Positions 32,150 to 43,166 of a stretch of 64,000 nt of DNA are shown one piece after another. The stretch is from positions 192,001 through 256,000 of the forward strand of contig CAWBKB010000003.1 of NCBI GenBank assembly GCA_963789265.1, read 5' to 3'. Position 1 is the first letter of the stretch; each line of letters opens with the position of its first letter. Position numbers and translations under genes: made by a program. The notes under the pieces were generated by a model. It was given only the letters and a program-made list of their open reading frames with translations. It made no database searches and was not told the origin of the DNA. Origin of the DNA: an uncultured delta proteobacterium (GTDB lineage Bacteria > Desulfobacterota > Desulfomonilia > Desulfomonilales > Desulfomonilaceae).

Positions 32150-32797
32150 TCAATTCCTCGACCATCCAAACTTGCCCACAAGATCCACAAATCGGCATCC
32201 TGTATGGCTTTCTACGAGCATGCCTTCTCTTGTTCTGGTGACCAGCTTTAGAACCTGAGAAAAACGATCGCCGACCGGAATGATCAATCTGCCCCCTTCC
32301 GCGAGCTGATCGACCAATGTGTCAGGGATTTTGGGCGCCCCCGCGGTGACAACAATTCCTTGGTAAGGGGCATGCTCCGGCCAGCCTTGAGTACCATCCC
32401 CCACCAGGAAAGTAATATTTGTGTAGCCACATCTTTCGATAGCCTTCTTGGCCCGCTCGGCAAGGCTATCAATCCTTTCCACTGTGTACACCCACTTGCA
32501 TAACCTTGATAGCACCGCCGCCTGGTATCCTGAACCTGTGCCAACCTCCAGCACCAGCCAATCTTCTTGCAGCCTCAAAAGCTCCGTCATTACTGCCACC
32601 ATATAGGGCTGGCTGATGGTCTGGCCTCCTCCGATAGGCAGAGGGCTGTCATCGTACGCCTCATCTTGCAGGCCTTCATCTACAAAGCGATGGCGCGGAA
32701 CCTCTCCCATCGCCTCGAGTACGCGGTTATCCTTGATTCCTCGGGCAACGAGTTGCCGCTGAACCATCAGTCTTCTCGCAGTTGCATAGTCTCTCAT
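32150..32797 (-). CDS. pcm: Protein-L-isoaspartate O-methyltransferase
   Basis: VPRHRFV, GQTISQPYMV, VLEVGTGSGYQAA, GDGTQGWPEHAPY. Confidence 0.96.
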   Translation of the reverse strand: MRDYATARRLMVQRQLVARGIKDNRVLEAMGEVPRHRFVDEGLQDEAYDDSPLPIGGGQTISQPYMVAVMTELLRLQEDWLVLEVGTGSGYQAAVLSRLCKWVYTVERIDSLAERAKKAIERCGYTNITFLVGDGTQGWPEHAPYQGIVVTAGAPKIPDTLVDQLAEGGRLIIPVGDRFSQVLKLVTRTREGMLVESHTGCRFVDLVGKFGWSRN

Positions 32798-32890
32798 GAA
32801 GCGCCCAATTTCAGCCCAACTCTCTTTATCGGCGAAAAACCTAGTGCATCGGCAGTATTCAGTTTGCACTCATCCTGTGGCCTACCGCGC

Positions 32891-33424
32891 TCATCGGACA
32901 CCCGGTTGGTAGGACGAGGCCGGGGGAAGCGGCCGGGTTCGGGTGGCCGGGACGCGGTCGTTTTGCAACGAAGGCTCCCCCTGTACTTGAGACTGGGCCG
33001 GACCTCCTTGGGTTGCAGGAGTTTCAGGGAAAAAATTACCGTCCATAAAATTAGCCACGCGATCCATGAGACTCGAGGGTAGATTGAAGAGCCAGTCCAC
33101 AGTCCCGGAAAGAAACGCTCCAGCGGAGGCTCCGTTGTAATAAGGGTTATTATAAGGAGGGTAAGGGTAGTGGGGCGAAGTCTCGCTGCCGTTACGGGGG
33201 GGCGCAGGGATTGACTGCGCTTGATTCCCGTTGGAGGACCGAGGCAAACCGCCGTACCCGGCCGGGTTTGCGCCGTAGGATTGAGCTGAAGGGTAAACCC
33301 CTTGTGGCAGTGGCGTCACCCCAGGCCGAGAAACCGGAGACTGACTTTGCCAACTCTGGCCCTGCGCGACAGCTACCGTCATCAGGACCAAAATCGAGAC
33401 ACCTAGTACGCGCTTGATAGCCAT
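32891..33424 (-). CDS. Secreted Pro/Gln/Ser-rich hypothetical protein
   Basis: RBS GGAG, signal peptide, low-complexity body with PHYPYPPYNNPYY and an amphipathic core. Confidence 0.65.
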   Translation of the reverse strand: MAIKRVLGVSILVLMTVAVAQGQSWQSQSPVSRPGVTPLPQGVYPSAQSYGANPAGYGGLPRSSNGNQAQSIPAPPRNGSETSPHYPYPPYNNPYYNGASAGAFLSGTVDWLFNLPSSLMDRVANFMDGNFFPETPATQGGPAQSQVQGEPSLQNDRVPATRTRPLPPASSYQPGVR

Positions 33425-33630
33425 GGTTTTCTCCTCAACGGTTTGTATGGCAGAGACACTTAGATCGAAGCGCTAAGGATTTCAATCTTTTTCTGCGAAA
33501 CTCTGCGCATAGGGGCGCATTCGACAACGTGCGAAATTCAGGTACCCATTCAATTACGCGGGCAATTTTCCGTCTGTCGTTACAGCGAGGAGTGAAAACC
33601 CGCGTCACACGGGAAAGCAATCTTTTCCTT

Positions 33631-33769
33631 TATAACAGTTGCCAAAAATTCGGATTCGGTGGATAAAATCCGGGGATTGTAGGGGCGACCGGTGGTCGCC
33701 CCAGGCGAATGCCATTCGCCCCTACGAGGTCTCGCTAACAAAAGGCCATCGTTTATGGCAACTGCTCTA
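33631..33769. mobile_element. MITE-like element with TA-bounded imperfect TIRs, carrying an internal REP doublet
   Basis: TATAACAGTTGCCAAAAA ... TTTATGGCAACTGCTCTA. Related ends occur near 14998, 44883 and 54823. Confidence 0.6.
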
Positions 33770-34029
33770 AACGCCGCTTAGATTGCCAGTGGGACGTCCC
33801 GCGCGGAACGCGGGATTGCCCGTCATCCCTAATAGACAGGCTGTCTCGCGAGGCGCGGGACGGTCTCACCTTGCACTCCTCGCAATGACAAGAGCCCGAA
33901 GATGCCCCGCGTAATTGAAGGAATACTTTGAAGAGGCAATTTGTGTTGAATTGATCCGGACCCTGCGTTACATTATGACGTTTGTTTGAACCGCTTCCAC
34001 GTCTCGTTCAGGGTAGGAGGTAGAGAGAA

Positions 34030-35116
34030 ATGGCCGCTCGAATACGCAACTTTAATCCTGGTCCTGCGGCGCTGCCGCTTCCGGTCCTCGAAGAGGTCAA
34101 GGAAGAGTTCCTTGACTTCAAAGGTTCAGGGATGTCCATCGCCGAGATCAGCCACCGATCGGCTCTTTTCGAAGGCGTTCTCAACGACGCGGTGCAGCGC
34201 CTGAAACGTCTCTTGAAGCTGTCGGACACTTTTAAGATCCTTTTTCTCCAAGGTGGGGCAAGCTCGCAATTTTTCATGATCCCGATGAATCTTATTCCCG
34301 ACGGATCTTCCGCGGACTACATAAATACCGGATCTTGGGCGAAAAAGGCTATAAAGGAAGCACAGATTCTCCTAAAGGCTCACAAAGTGATCGCTTCCAG
34401 TGAGGATCGGAACTTCAGCTATATCCCGAAGGACTTTTCGGTCAATCAGGATGCCGCGTACCTTCATTTGACCTCAAACAATACTATCGAAGGGACCCAA
34501 TGGGCGTCCTTTCCCCAAGCGGGGAATGTACCGTTGGTCGCTGACATGTCTTCCGACATCTTGTCCAGAACCTTTTGACCCCGCTCCTTTCGGACTCATA
34601 TATGCGGGCGCGCAGAAGAACCTTGGGCCCGCAGGCGTTACCGTTGTCATCGTACGCGACGACATGCTCGAGAAGGTCCCCTCGGACCTCCCGACAATGT
34701 TGCGTTATAGGACTCATTCTGAAAAGAACTCCCTGTACAACACTCCGCCCTGTGTGGCCATTTACATGGTTCAGCTTGTCCTGAAGTGGATCGAGGAGAC
34801 CATTGGCGGTTTGGGAGTGATGGAGCGACTCAACCGGGAAAAAGCCGATTTGATATACAATTTCATTGGGGGCAACGGGTTCTACAGATGTACAGCGGAT
34901 GCTGATAGCCGCTCCAATATGAATGTGACATTCAGACTGCCGGATGAAAATCTGGAAAAGAAATTCGTCGCGGAGGCTTTGAAGTCCGGATTGGGTGGCC
35001 TGAAGGGCCATCGCTCGGTGGGAGGTTGTCGAGCGTCTATTTACAATGCCGTAGGCATCGACGCCGTCCGCAGTCTTGTGGATTTTATGAAGATGTTCGC
35101 TGAAAAGAATGGCTGA
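34030..35116 (+). CDS. serC: Phosphoserine aminotransferase; +1 frameshift near 34570
   Basis: NFNPGPAALP, EISHRS, LQGGAS, SNNTIEGTQ, DMSSD|YAGAQKNLGPAG, NTPP, GHRSVGGCRASIYNA. Confidence 0.95.
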
Positions 35117-35304
35117 TAACCTTGACTAAGACGAGCATTTCTCCGCTTGCCTCGGCGACCAGCTTCTAGAATCAGCCACGCAGCAGGTGTGGCGATAGCG
35201 GCGTCAAAGATCTGTCCGCGACGGCACGAACCGTCGTGACGAATCCGGCCTGCCGCGGCATTACTCGCTTGCAAGTGCATCGTTCAAAGCCTGGAGACGA
35301 GGAA

Positions 35305-37011
35305 ATGGCCTACCATATCCTAGTGTCGGACAATGTTCACCAGCAGGGAATAGACCTTCTGCAAAAGCAGGAAGGCTTCCTCGTGGACGTTAAGACCGGG
35401 CTGTCTGCAGAAGTCCTGAAGGAGATTATCGGGAAATACCATGGTCTGGTCATTCGCAGTAATACTGCGGTGACCGCAGACCTCCTGAAGTTTGCTCCAA
35501 AACTCAAAGTCATCGGTCGAGCGGGGACCGGTCTGGACAATGTGGACCTTGCCGCGGCAACGCGGCGAGGCATAGTCGTCATGAACACTCCGGGAGGAAA
35601 CGCGGTGGCCACCGCGGAACACACAATAAGTCTCATCATGTGCGCCCAACGTCACATACCCCAGGCAGTAGCGTCCATGAAGGAAGGAAAGTGGGAGAAG
35701 AAAAAGTTCCAGGGTCGCGACATGGCCGGCAAAACCCTCGGAGTCATAGGTCTGGGAAAGGTCGGCAGCATAGTCGGCAAACTAGCCTCCCGAGGACTAA
35801 AGATGAATGTGCTCGGATATGACCCATTCACGACTGCTGAGGCTGCCTCTCAAATCGGAGTTAAGCTCGCATCGTTGCAAGAAATTTTGAGCTGTTCGGA
35901 TGTAATTACAGTGCATACGCCTCTTAACAATGAGACCTGCGGAATGATTGATTCTGCTGCTTTCGGAAAGATGAAAGAGGGGGTCATTGTCGTTAATTGC
36001 GCTCGAGGGGGAATAATCGATGAAGATGCCCTCTGGGACGCACTGGAATCTGGCAAGGTGTCTGCGGCGGCCCTCGACGTTTATACGAGCAGTCCGCCTG
36101 GAGAGCATCCCCTGGTTATGCATCCGAAGGTTGTGGCCACGCCGCATCTGGGGGCTTCTACGGGAGAGGCTCAGATCAATGTTGCTGTCGCTGTCGCGAA
36201 GCAAATAATCGACTATCTGGCAAAGGGGGTTGTCCGAAACGCGGTGAACCTCCCGAGCATAGACCCGGCTCAGGCTGCCAAAACAATTCCGTACCTCGAC
36301 CTGGCCGGGCGTTTGGGGCAGTTCCTCGGCCGACTCACTCCCAACGGCATAGTAGAGCTGGAAATAGAGTATCACGGGGAAGTTGCGTCCTGGGACCTGA
36401 AACCCATAACCAATTCCGGGTTGGTCGGGCTGCTCTCCGGCTTCGAGGGCACTGAGGTGAACCAGGTCAACGCCTCAATGATCGCCCAGGGCAGGGGGAT
36501 TTGCGTTTTTGAAACAACGCTTAGAGAAAGCGAATTACACGGATCGTCCCTTTTGCTGCGGACGGTAACATCCAAAGGGATTTCCCGCAGCGTTCAGGGC
36601 GCTCTTATCAGGCGCATCGGCTATGAACCGCGCATTATCGGAATCGACGGATTTGTTACCGAAGCGGTGCCGGCAGGCCCTATGCTCATAGTAACCAATA
36701 GAGACATTCCCGGGATGATCGCGGGCATGTCGGGCGCGTTAGCAGCCGGAGGAATCAACATAGCGCAGATGAACTTGTCGCGGGAGTGCATCGGTGGCAT
36801 GGCCATGTCAATAATTAATATTGACGAGCCCGCGGATGAGTCTACGCTCGATAGCATACGAAGTATCGAAGGAATCATTGGCGTGAAGCAGGTCATCCTG
36901 GATTCGGGAGCAATTGCTGCGGCAGGGACCGATTCCGCCTGCGACACAGCTTCCCTGCGACGCCCTCATGGGCGCTATCAGCTTAATAACGAACAAGAAA
37001 GGCATCAGGAT
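35305..37011 (+). CDS. serA: D-3-phosphoglycerate dehydrogenase (with ASB and ACT domains); no stop before purA in this sequence
   Basis: GRAGTGLDNVD, NTPGGN, GLGKVG, NCARGGIIDE, TPHLGAST; ACT domain NRDIPGMIA. Confidence 0.93.
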
Positions 37012-38301
37012 TTGAGCACTCTAGTTATAGTAGGAACACAGTGGGGTGACGAAGGCAAAGGGAAAATCGTGGATTTGCTTACCAGCCGCGCTGAGGTCGT
37101 GGTGCGGTTCCAAGGTGGCAGCAATGCGGGACACACTTTAAAGGTTGCCGGCGAACAGATCATTGTGCACCTGATACCGTCAGGCATACTCTACCCCGAA
37201 ACTCTCAACATCATTGCCAACGGGATGGTGGTCGATCCGGGAGTGCTGCTCCAGGAAAAGGACTCGTTACGGAAGAAGGGCCATTTCCTCAACGATCGGC
37301 AGTTGCTCATTTCTGAACGCGCTCACGTTATTATGCCCTATCACAAGATTATCGACCTGGGCCGTGAAGAAATTCTTGGCAAAGCCAGGATCGGGACCAC
37401 CGGTTGGGGAATCGGTCCGGCCTATGAGGACAAGGCATCCAGAATGGGGATACGGATGGGCGACCTTCTGAAGCCCGACACTTTGCCACAGCGGGTGACG
37501 GCTGCGCTGGAAGAAAAGAATTTCATGATAGAGCATCGATTTAAGCGCCCCAAGCTGAATCCCGATCAGGTAGTTGAAGAGTACCTCGATCACGGCAAGA
37601 GACTCGCACCCCACATAACAGATACGAGTCTCGTACTTTACAATAAGATCTCGGAAGGGACTCGCGTACTATTTGAGGGCGCACAAGGGACGCTTCTAGA
37701 CATTGATCACGGAACCTACCCCTTTGTAACCTCCTCAAATGTGGTGGCAGGAAACGTTTGCTGCGGCGCGGGCGTCAGCCCCACCTCGGTGGAAAGAATA
37801 TGGGGAGTGGTAAAAGCTTACTCGACACGGGTCGGGCAAGGCGGATTTCCTACTGAGTTAAACGACGATTTAGGAGAGAGAATCCGTGAGATCGGGGCGG
37901 AATTCGGGGCGACAACAGGTCGGCCTCGGCGCTGCGGCTGGTTGGATCTGGTTGTGGTGAATCACAGTGTTCGCCTGAACGGCCTGACAGGCCTTGCTTT
38001 AACAAAGATGGATGTGCTTACCGGCATATCTCCTTTGAAAATTTGCACCGCGTACGAATTGGACGGACGGATAATAGACAGGATGCCGGCGGACATCAAT
38101 GACCTGGCAAGACTGGTGCCGCAGTACCGAGAAGTGAAAGGCTGGGACAAGCCGCTGGATTCTTGCCGCTCCTTCGAAGACCTGCCCAAAAAAGCGAGGG
38201 ACTTCGTTGGGACTATTGAACACCTCACCGGTGTTCCGGTTACGCTGGTCTCGATCGGCCCGGCGAGGGAGCAAAGCATACTGCGCAAGTCGCCATTCTG
38301 A
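37012..38301 (+). CDS. purA: Adenylosuccinate synthetase (in frame with serA)
   Basis: GTQWGDEGKGK, GGSNAGHT, EGAQGTLLDIDHGTYPFVTSS, EFGATTGRPRRCGWLD; TTG start at 37012. Confidence 0.96.
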   Translation: MSTLVIVGTQWGDEGKGKIVDLLTSRAEVVVRFQGGSNAGHTLKVAGEQIIVHLIPSGILYPETLNIIANGMVVDPGVLLQEKDSLRKKGHFLNDRQLLISERAHVIMPYHKIIDLGREEILGKARIGTTGWGIGPAYEDKASRMGIRMGDLLKPDTLPQRVTAALEEKNFMIEHRFKRPKLNPDQVVEEYLDHGKRLAPHITDTSLVLYNKISEGTRVLFEGAQGTLLDIDHGTYPFVTSSNVVAGNVCCGAGVSPTSVERIWGVVKAYSTRVGQGGFPTELNDDLGERIREIGAEFGATTGRPRRCGWLDLVVVNHSVRLNGLTGLALTKMDVLTGISPLKICTAYELDGRIIDRMPADINDLARLVPQYREVKGWDKPLDSCRSFEDLPKKARDFVGTIEHLTGVPVTLVSIGPAREQSILRKSPF

Positions 38302-38311
38302 CGTTGGGGGC

Positions 38312-38515
38312 CTAGCCTCCGAAGGAGGGGTGTATGAACTCCACCCTGTCCCCATCCTTTATGGTGTGAGAACTGAAGTCCTTTCGGTAGATGAACCTGC
38401 CGTTAACCTCAACGATAACCGCGGGGTCGTCCTCTTTGCTCCTGTCGAGCAGATCCTGGATGGTCAACTCATACCCCTGGAAATCCTCTGGAAAGCCGTT
38501 GAATATAAATCTCAA
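38312..38515 (-). CDS. ThiS/MoaD-family sulfur carrier protein
   Basis: 67 aa, VIVEVNG, DGDRVEFI, C-terminal GG. Confidence 0.85.
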   Translation of the reverse strand: MRFIFNGFPEDFQGYELTIQDLLDRSKEDDPAVIVEVNGRFIYRKDFSSHTIKDGDRVEFIHPSFGG

Positions 38516-38572
38516 TTCATCAGCCTCGCCAAGCGTTCCCGATAATGGGTCGCATTTTCTGTCGACTTACTC

Positions 38573-40928
38573 CTATTTTCCCTCCTTCTGGGCTCTGAGG
38601 GCCATGTAGAGCCGCTCCGAAGTACAGGGCAATTCGTTGACCCTGACGCCCGTGGCATCGTAAATGGCATTGAGTATCGCAGGGATGGTCGGCATGATTG
38701 CCCCCTCCCCCACCTCTTTTGCTCCGTACGGGCCGTTGGGCTCACGGGATTCCACGATGATGCTCTTCACATTGGGCATATCCAGAGCAGTGGGGATGCG
38801 GTACTCGCCTAGGGACGCGTTCACGATGCGGCCACGAGAGTCGAACTTCACCTCTTCAAAGAGACATTCGCCAAGCCCCATGGAAAGCGATCCCTGCATC
38901 TGCCCCTCGACCGAGGCCCGATTTATTGCCAGGCCGCAATCATGGGCATCGGTCATGTTGTCTACAGTCACTTGCCCAGTCTCAAGATCCACCGTAACCT
39001 CCACAACCTGGGCCGAACACCCGTACGCAGGTGAAGTGCCGACCGCGGCCCCCTTGTACGCTCCCCCGAGCTTGGGAGGCTTGTATTTTCCGGTGCCTAC
39101 CAGTGTTCCGCCCTTTAGATATGCGAGTCGCGCTCGCTTCCCGGAAGGTTAGATACTCCCCGGACGGAGGATCGCTCCAGCCGCGGTGTTCCTTGATGTA
39201 CTGCGTGCGTATCTTCTCGAAGTCACCCGGACCTCCGTTGAAGCGTACGGTTCCGTTGCGGAAGCTGATGGACTCAGGATCGCACTCCATTGCCTCAGCC
39301 AGGTAAGCGGCAATTTGGGCGCGCACGTGCTCCGCGGCTTGTTTGGTCGTGTGACCGGTCATGAGAGTTTGGCGACTGGAATACGCCCCCAGGTCCACAC
39401 TCAGGTCAGTGTCTCCCGAGACCACCCTAACATTTTCGAGGGGAATGCCGAGAGTCTCGGCCGCGATCATTGCAAAGGCCGTGTCCGAGCCTTGACCTAT
39501 CTCTGCCGATCCGCTGAGCACGTTCACGATCCCGCCATCTTCGCTGACTTTTATGACTACCGTTGAATGGTACGTGTCCGACCGATAGATTGGATAACCA
39601 GCCCCCGAGACGAAGAAGCCGCATGCCATTCCGATTCCTTTGCCCTTCGGAAGCTTGTCTTTCTTATTCGTCCAATCCGAGTTGTCACGCACGGCCTCAA
39701 CGCAATCCTTCATGCCCAGGCTCGACATGTCCAACTGGTTGATCGTCATGTCTCCTGCGGTCATGATGTTCTTGAGACGCATTTCAACAGGATCTATGCC
39801 GAGCTTTTCCGCGGTCATGTCCACAAGTTGCTCGAACGCTGCTCTGTGTGTCACTCCGCCATGGCCTCTCTGTGCCCCGCACGCCGGCCTGTTGGTATAA
39901 ACTCGATGTCCGTCGTATTTCATCGCTTGTAGCTTGTATGGCCCTCCGAGGAGTGAGCCTGAGTAGTACACCGTCGCAATGCCGAAACTCGTGTACGCGC
40001 CCCCATCCAGGACAGCCTTGTTCTTGAGAGCAACCATAGTGCCGTCCTTCTTCACTCCCAGGCTCATTTCTGCATAGAACTGGTGCCGAGCCCGACTGTG
40101 CAGGAAGACCTGTTCTCTGGAATAGGTCATCTTCACCGGCTTGCCGGTTATTTTGGCAAGGAAGGCCGAACTCATCTCCAGTGGGGTCGCTTCACACTTG
40201 GGACCGAATCCGCCCCCCACGTAGGGCTTGACCACTCTGACATTCCCCACCGGGATTTGAAGGACCATAGCCACGGTCCTCATCACGTAATGCGGAACCT
40301 GTGTGGACGATTGCAGAGTGAGCTTGCCGTCAAGATCAAAGACCGCCAGACAGGAATGCGGCTCAATAAACGCCGCGTCTTGCCGCTTGTTGAGAAAAGT
40401 GTGATTCACCACGAGATCGCACGACGCAAGGGCAGCTTCCGTATCACCAAACTCCTGATGAACTTCAGCATTGATATTGCCGGGGAATTCTGCGTGTATC
40501 TGAGGGGCCCCTTCTTTCATGGCCTCAAACATATCAAACACGGCAGGCAGCTCTTCGTAATCGACTTTGATAAGGCTTACAGCCTCCTGAGCGGTGGCCT
40601 GATCTACCGCCGCGACAGCGGCTATTTCATCCCCGACGTAACGAACTTTTTCATGGGCAAATAGAGTCTCATCGTACCGAGCGGGCGAGACTCCATATTT
40701 CACCAATCCGACTTCCTTAGCAGTGATCACAGCTTTAACACCCGGCAGATTTCGGGCTTTGGAAGTGTCGATATGAAGGATTTTTGCGTGCGGGAGAGGA
40801 CTCTGAAGTATTGCCGCGTACAGCACACCAGGCATGCTGAGATCGTCAGCGTATTTAGCCCGACCGGTGGCTTTGGCAGGAGCATCCAACCGGGGTGCCT
40901 TAGTATTGATAACCTGGAATTCAGTCAT
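38573..40928 (-). CDS. Xanthine-oxidase-family molybdenum subunit, 4-hydroxybenzoyl-CoA reductase alpha (HcrA)-like; +1 frameshift near 39133
   Basis: EVHQEFGD, TQVPHY, GGGFG, CGAQRGHG, KLPKGKGIG..FVSG, GAYSSRQT, EGQMQG and GPYGAKEVGE closely resemble HcrA as I recall it. Confidence 0.85.
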
Positions 40929-40929
40929 T

Positions 40930-41412
40930 TCAGGATACCTCCATTCCCTCAATCGTCTTCGCGGCTTCCTGCACGGCTTCAACAATCTTCTGATAGCCGG
41001 TGCATCGGCAAAGATTTCCGGAGATCGCTGTGCGGATCTCATGTTCTGTCGGCTTTGGATTGGCATCCAGGAGCGCCTTGGCTGACAAGATCATTCCTGG
41101 CGTGCAAAATCCGCATTGGATGGCTCCCTGGTCCACGAATGCCTGCTGAATGGGATGCAGCCGGCCGTTCTGAGCCAACCCCTCGATGGTGAGCACTTCT
41201 CGCCCTGCCGCCTGAACTGCAAGCACTAGACACGAATTTGCAGGCATGCCGTCAAGGATGACCGTGCAGACGCCGCAGTCCCCAAGGCCGCAGCCGTGCT
41301 TCGTCCCTGTCAGCCCCAAACCTTCCCGCAAGAACTGCAAGAGGGTCTCGTTAGGCTCTACCGCTGCTTCAACCAACTCTCCGTTGACGGTCAACCGGAT
41401 TATAGTCTTCAT
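40930..41412 (-). CDS. 2x[2Fe-2S] small subunit (HcrC/CoxS-like)
   Basis: GTKHGCGLGDCGVCT, QCGFCTPG, GNLCRCTGY. Confidence 0.93.
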   Translation of the reverse strand: MKTIIRLTVNGELVEAAVEPNETLLQFLREGLGLTGTKHGCGLGDCGVCTVILDGMPANSCLVLAVQAAGREVLTIEGLAQNGRLHPIQQAFVDQGAIQCGFCTPGMILSAKALLDANPKPTEHEIRTAISGNLCRCTGYQKIVEAVQEAAKTIEGMEVS

Positions 41413-41455
41413 CGTGTTTATCTCCCTGGAATTAAAGTTCGAAGCGCCCAACGAA

Positions 41456-42343
41456 TCATGGCTTCCAGGAGCGCGCCAGCTCCAATGACGCCTGAAGTGA
41501 CTTTCTCGTCAGCACTTCAATCATCATGCACCGATATTCCATGGTCCCTCGATGATCGGTGATCGGACTGCACATGCCGACACCTATTTCACCTGCCTGC
41601 TTGAATAACTCCTCCGTCGGCTGCTGACCAATCAGGAATTCTTCAGAAGAGAAAGCGCGGACCGGCGTTGGCGCAACAGCTCCGAGGGCGATGCGCGCGT
41701 CCGCAATGGGCCCATCGGGGGACTGCAGAGTGATCATGGTGGCCACGTTCACCATTGAGATCTCAAGAGTCTTACGAGCGCCCAGCTTTAAGTAACTGCC
41801 GCCGCTCCACGGAGGAGGGGTCTCCATGTTGACAGATACCATCAACTCATTGGGCTCTATCAACGTTTCCCCCGGCCCGCGGAAGAAATCGCTCACCGGC
41901 ACCTCCCGTTCCGCTGCGGCGCTCTTTAGCTTTACGGTCGCATTCAAAACCATGCACGCGGGTGGAAGGTCTGCGGCGGGACGCCCGTTGACAAGGTTGC
42001 CGCCGATGGTCGCTCTGTTCCGAATCATGGGAACTCCCAGCTTCCCGGCAGCCAGGGCCAACGGCGTAAATCTGTCCCCTATCAGCTCATGGCGTGACAG
42101 GCTCGCCGCGGTCACGGCCGCTCCAATGGTCACTCCGTGGCTATTCCGAGGAATGACGGCATCCATACCAGGCACACGGGCGATGGAAATTACGTGAACG
42201 GGCTTGTCGATCTTCAGTTTCATCCTAACCAGAAGATCCGTCCCGCCTGCCAGCACTTTGGCGTTGCCGCCGAACTCTGAGAGCAAGTGCAGGGCCTCTT
42301 CAAGCGTCGAAGGTTCGTGATACTCAAACTTTGGCAGGAGCAT
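41456..42343 (-). CDS. FAD-binding medium subunit (HcrB/CoxM-like) without [4Fe-4S] insertion
   Basis: LAGGTDL, IRNRATIGGNL-x5-AAD, GAVAPTP, PITDHRGTMEYR. Confidence 0.92.
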   Translation of the reverse strand: MLLPKFEYHEPSTLEEALHLLSEFGGNAKVLAGGTDLLVRMKLKIDKPVHVISIARVPGMDAVIPRNSHGVTIGAAVTAASLSRHELIGDRFTPLALAAGKLGVPMIRNRATIGGNLVNGRPAADLPPACMVLNATVKLKSAAAEREVPVSDFFRGPGETLIEPNELMVSVNMETPPPWSGGSYLKLGARKTLEISMVNVATMITLQSPDGPIADARIALGAVAPTPVRAFSSEEFLIGQQPTEELFKQAGEIGVGMCSPITDHRGTMEYRCMMIEVLTRKSLQASLELARSWKP

Positions 42344-42381
42344 ATCTTTTTCCTCCTGTGCATGGGAAAGAAAAGTTGGTG

Positions 42382-42401
42382 GTGTTCAGACTGGAGAACA
42401 C
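42382..42401. promoter_or_regulatory. Candidate operator (GTTC-N8-GAAC palindrome) upstream of the molybdoenzyme operon
   Basis: GTGTTC-AGACTGGA-GAACAC, 39 nt upstream of the FAD-subunit start. Confidence 0.45.
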
Positions 42402-42478
42402 GCACGTAAATAGGCGTCTTGATTCACCGGCAAAGAGACCGCCGCGTTGCGGGCAGCGTTCGTTCACATTGAGATGTC

Positions 42479-42808
42479 CTATTCGATGACGGCTTCTATC
42501 CCGTGAGCAGCCAACCATTTAATGAGTTGTTCGCTGCTGGAACGTACCTGCTCCGCCTGGGAAAGACTTTCGTCACCACCTTCATCCGAGTACGGTGGAC
42601 ACCTGAAGTACAGCCAGTCAACATAACCTCCGAATGGCGTTCCATCAGTCGGCCTGTTGCAGGCCATTACGCCGCGAGCTATCTGCACGTCCACGGGAAC
42701 AACCACATGGTAGCTGTCCCCCCTCGGAGAAACCCCTATCCACCCTTCGTTTCCGGAACGAAGAGGCAAAGTCGCCCGGCCAATATCGTTGATGTTGATT
42801 CGTAACAT
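42479..42808 (-). CDS. Hypothetical protein upstream of the molybdoenzyme operon
   Basis: 109-aa ORF with globular composition (GTPFGGYVDWLYFRCPPY). Confidence 0.65.
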   Translation of the reverse strand: MLRININDIGRATLPLRSGNEGWIGVSPRGDSYHVVVPVDVQIARGVMACNRPTDGTPFGGYVDWLYFRCPPYSDEGGDESLSQAEQVRSSSEQLIKWLAAHGIEAVIE

Positions 42809-42908
42809 GGGGGGCCTGAATTCAGTTTCGGTATCAGGAACTTAGTTCACACCATAACCGTCAAGCATGATAGTGTCAAGTGATAACATAGCTTGTGACG
42901 AAAACCAT

Positions 42909-42962
42909 TTGACAATCATTTTCCAAACGGTTACAACTCTTTTTAGTTCATTATGATGAACT
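42909..42962 (+). promoter_or_regulatory. Sigma70 promoter followed by a palindromic IclR-type operator
   Basis: TTGACA-17-TACAAC (42909-42937), then AGTTCATTATGATGAACT (42945-42962). Confidence 0.6.
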
Positions 42963-43166
42963 GTCCGGCAAGCTCCCGGAACGCGACCGCCCTCCGGATC
43001 GGATCGCACCAAGTAGCTGTTCCGGAGGGAACTTGGGTGGGTGGAGGCCTCGGTAGCGTCTCGCTGCCGGCAACAACAATGCCCATGCGGCTCCGAGATC
43101 CGCCGACAGCACAGCACACGTCAGACGGGCTTTGTTTGACGTCAAATCGGTTGCGGGTGGATTACC

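Noticed and set aside
34576..34578. In-frame TGA in serC as selenocysteine or readthrough
   Set aside because: The protein continues in a different frame, so this is a frameshift rather than stop recoding.
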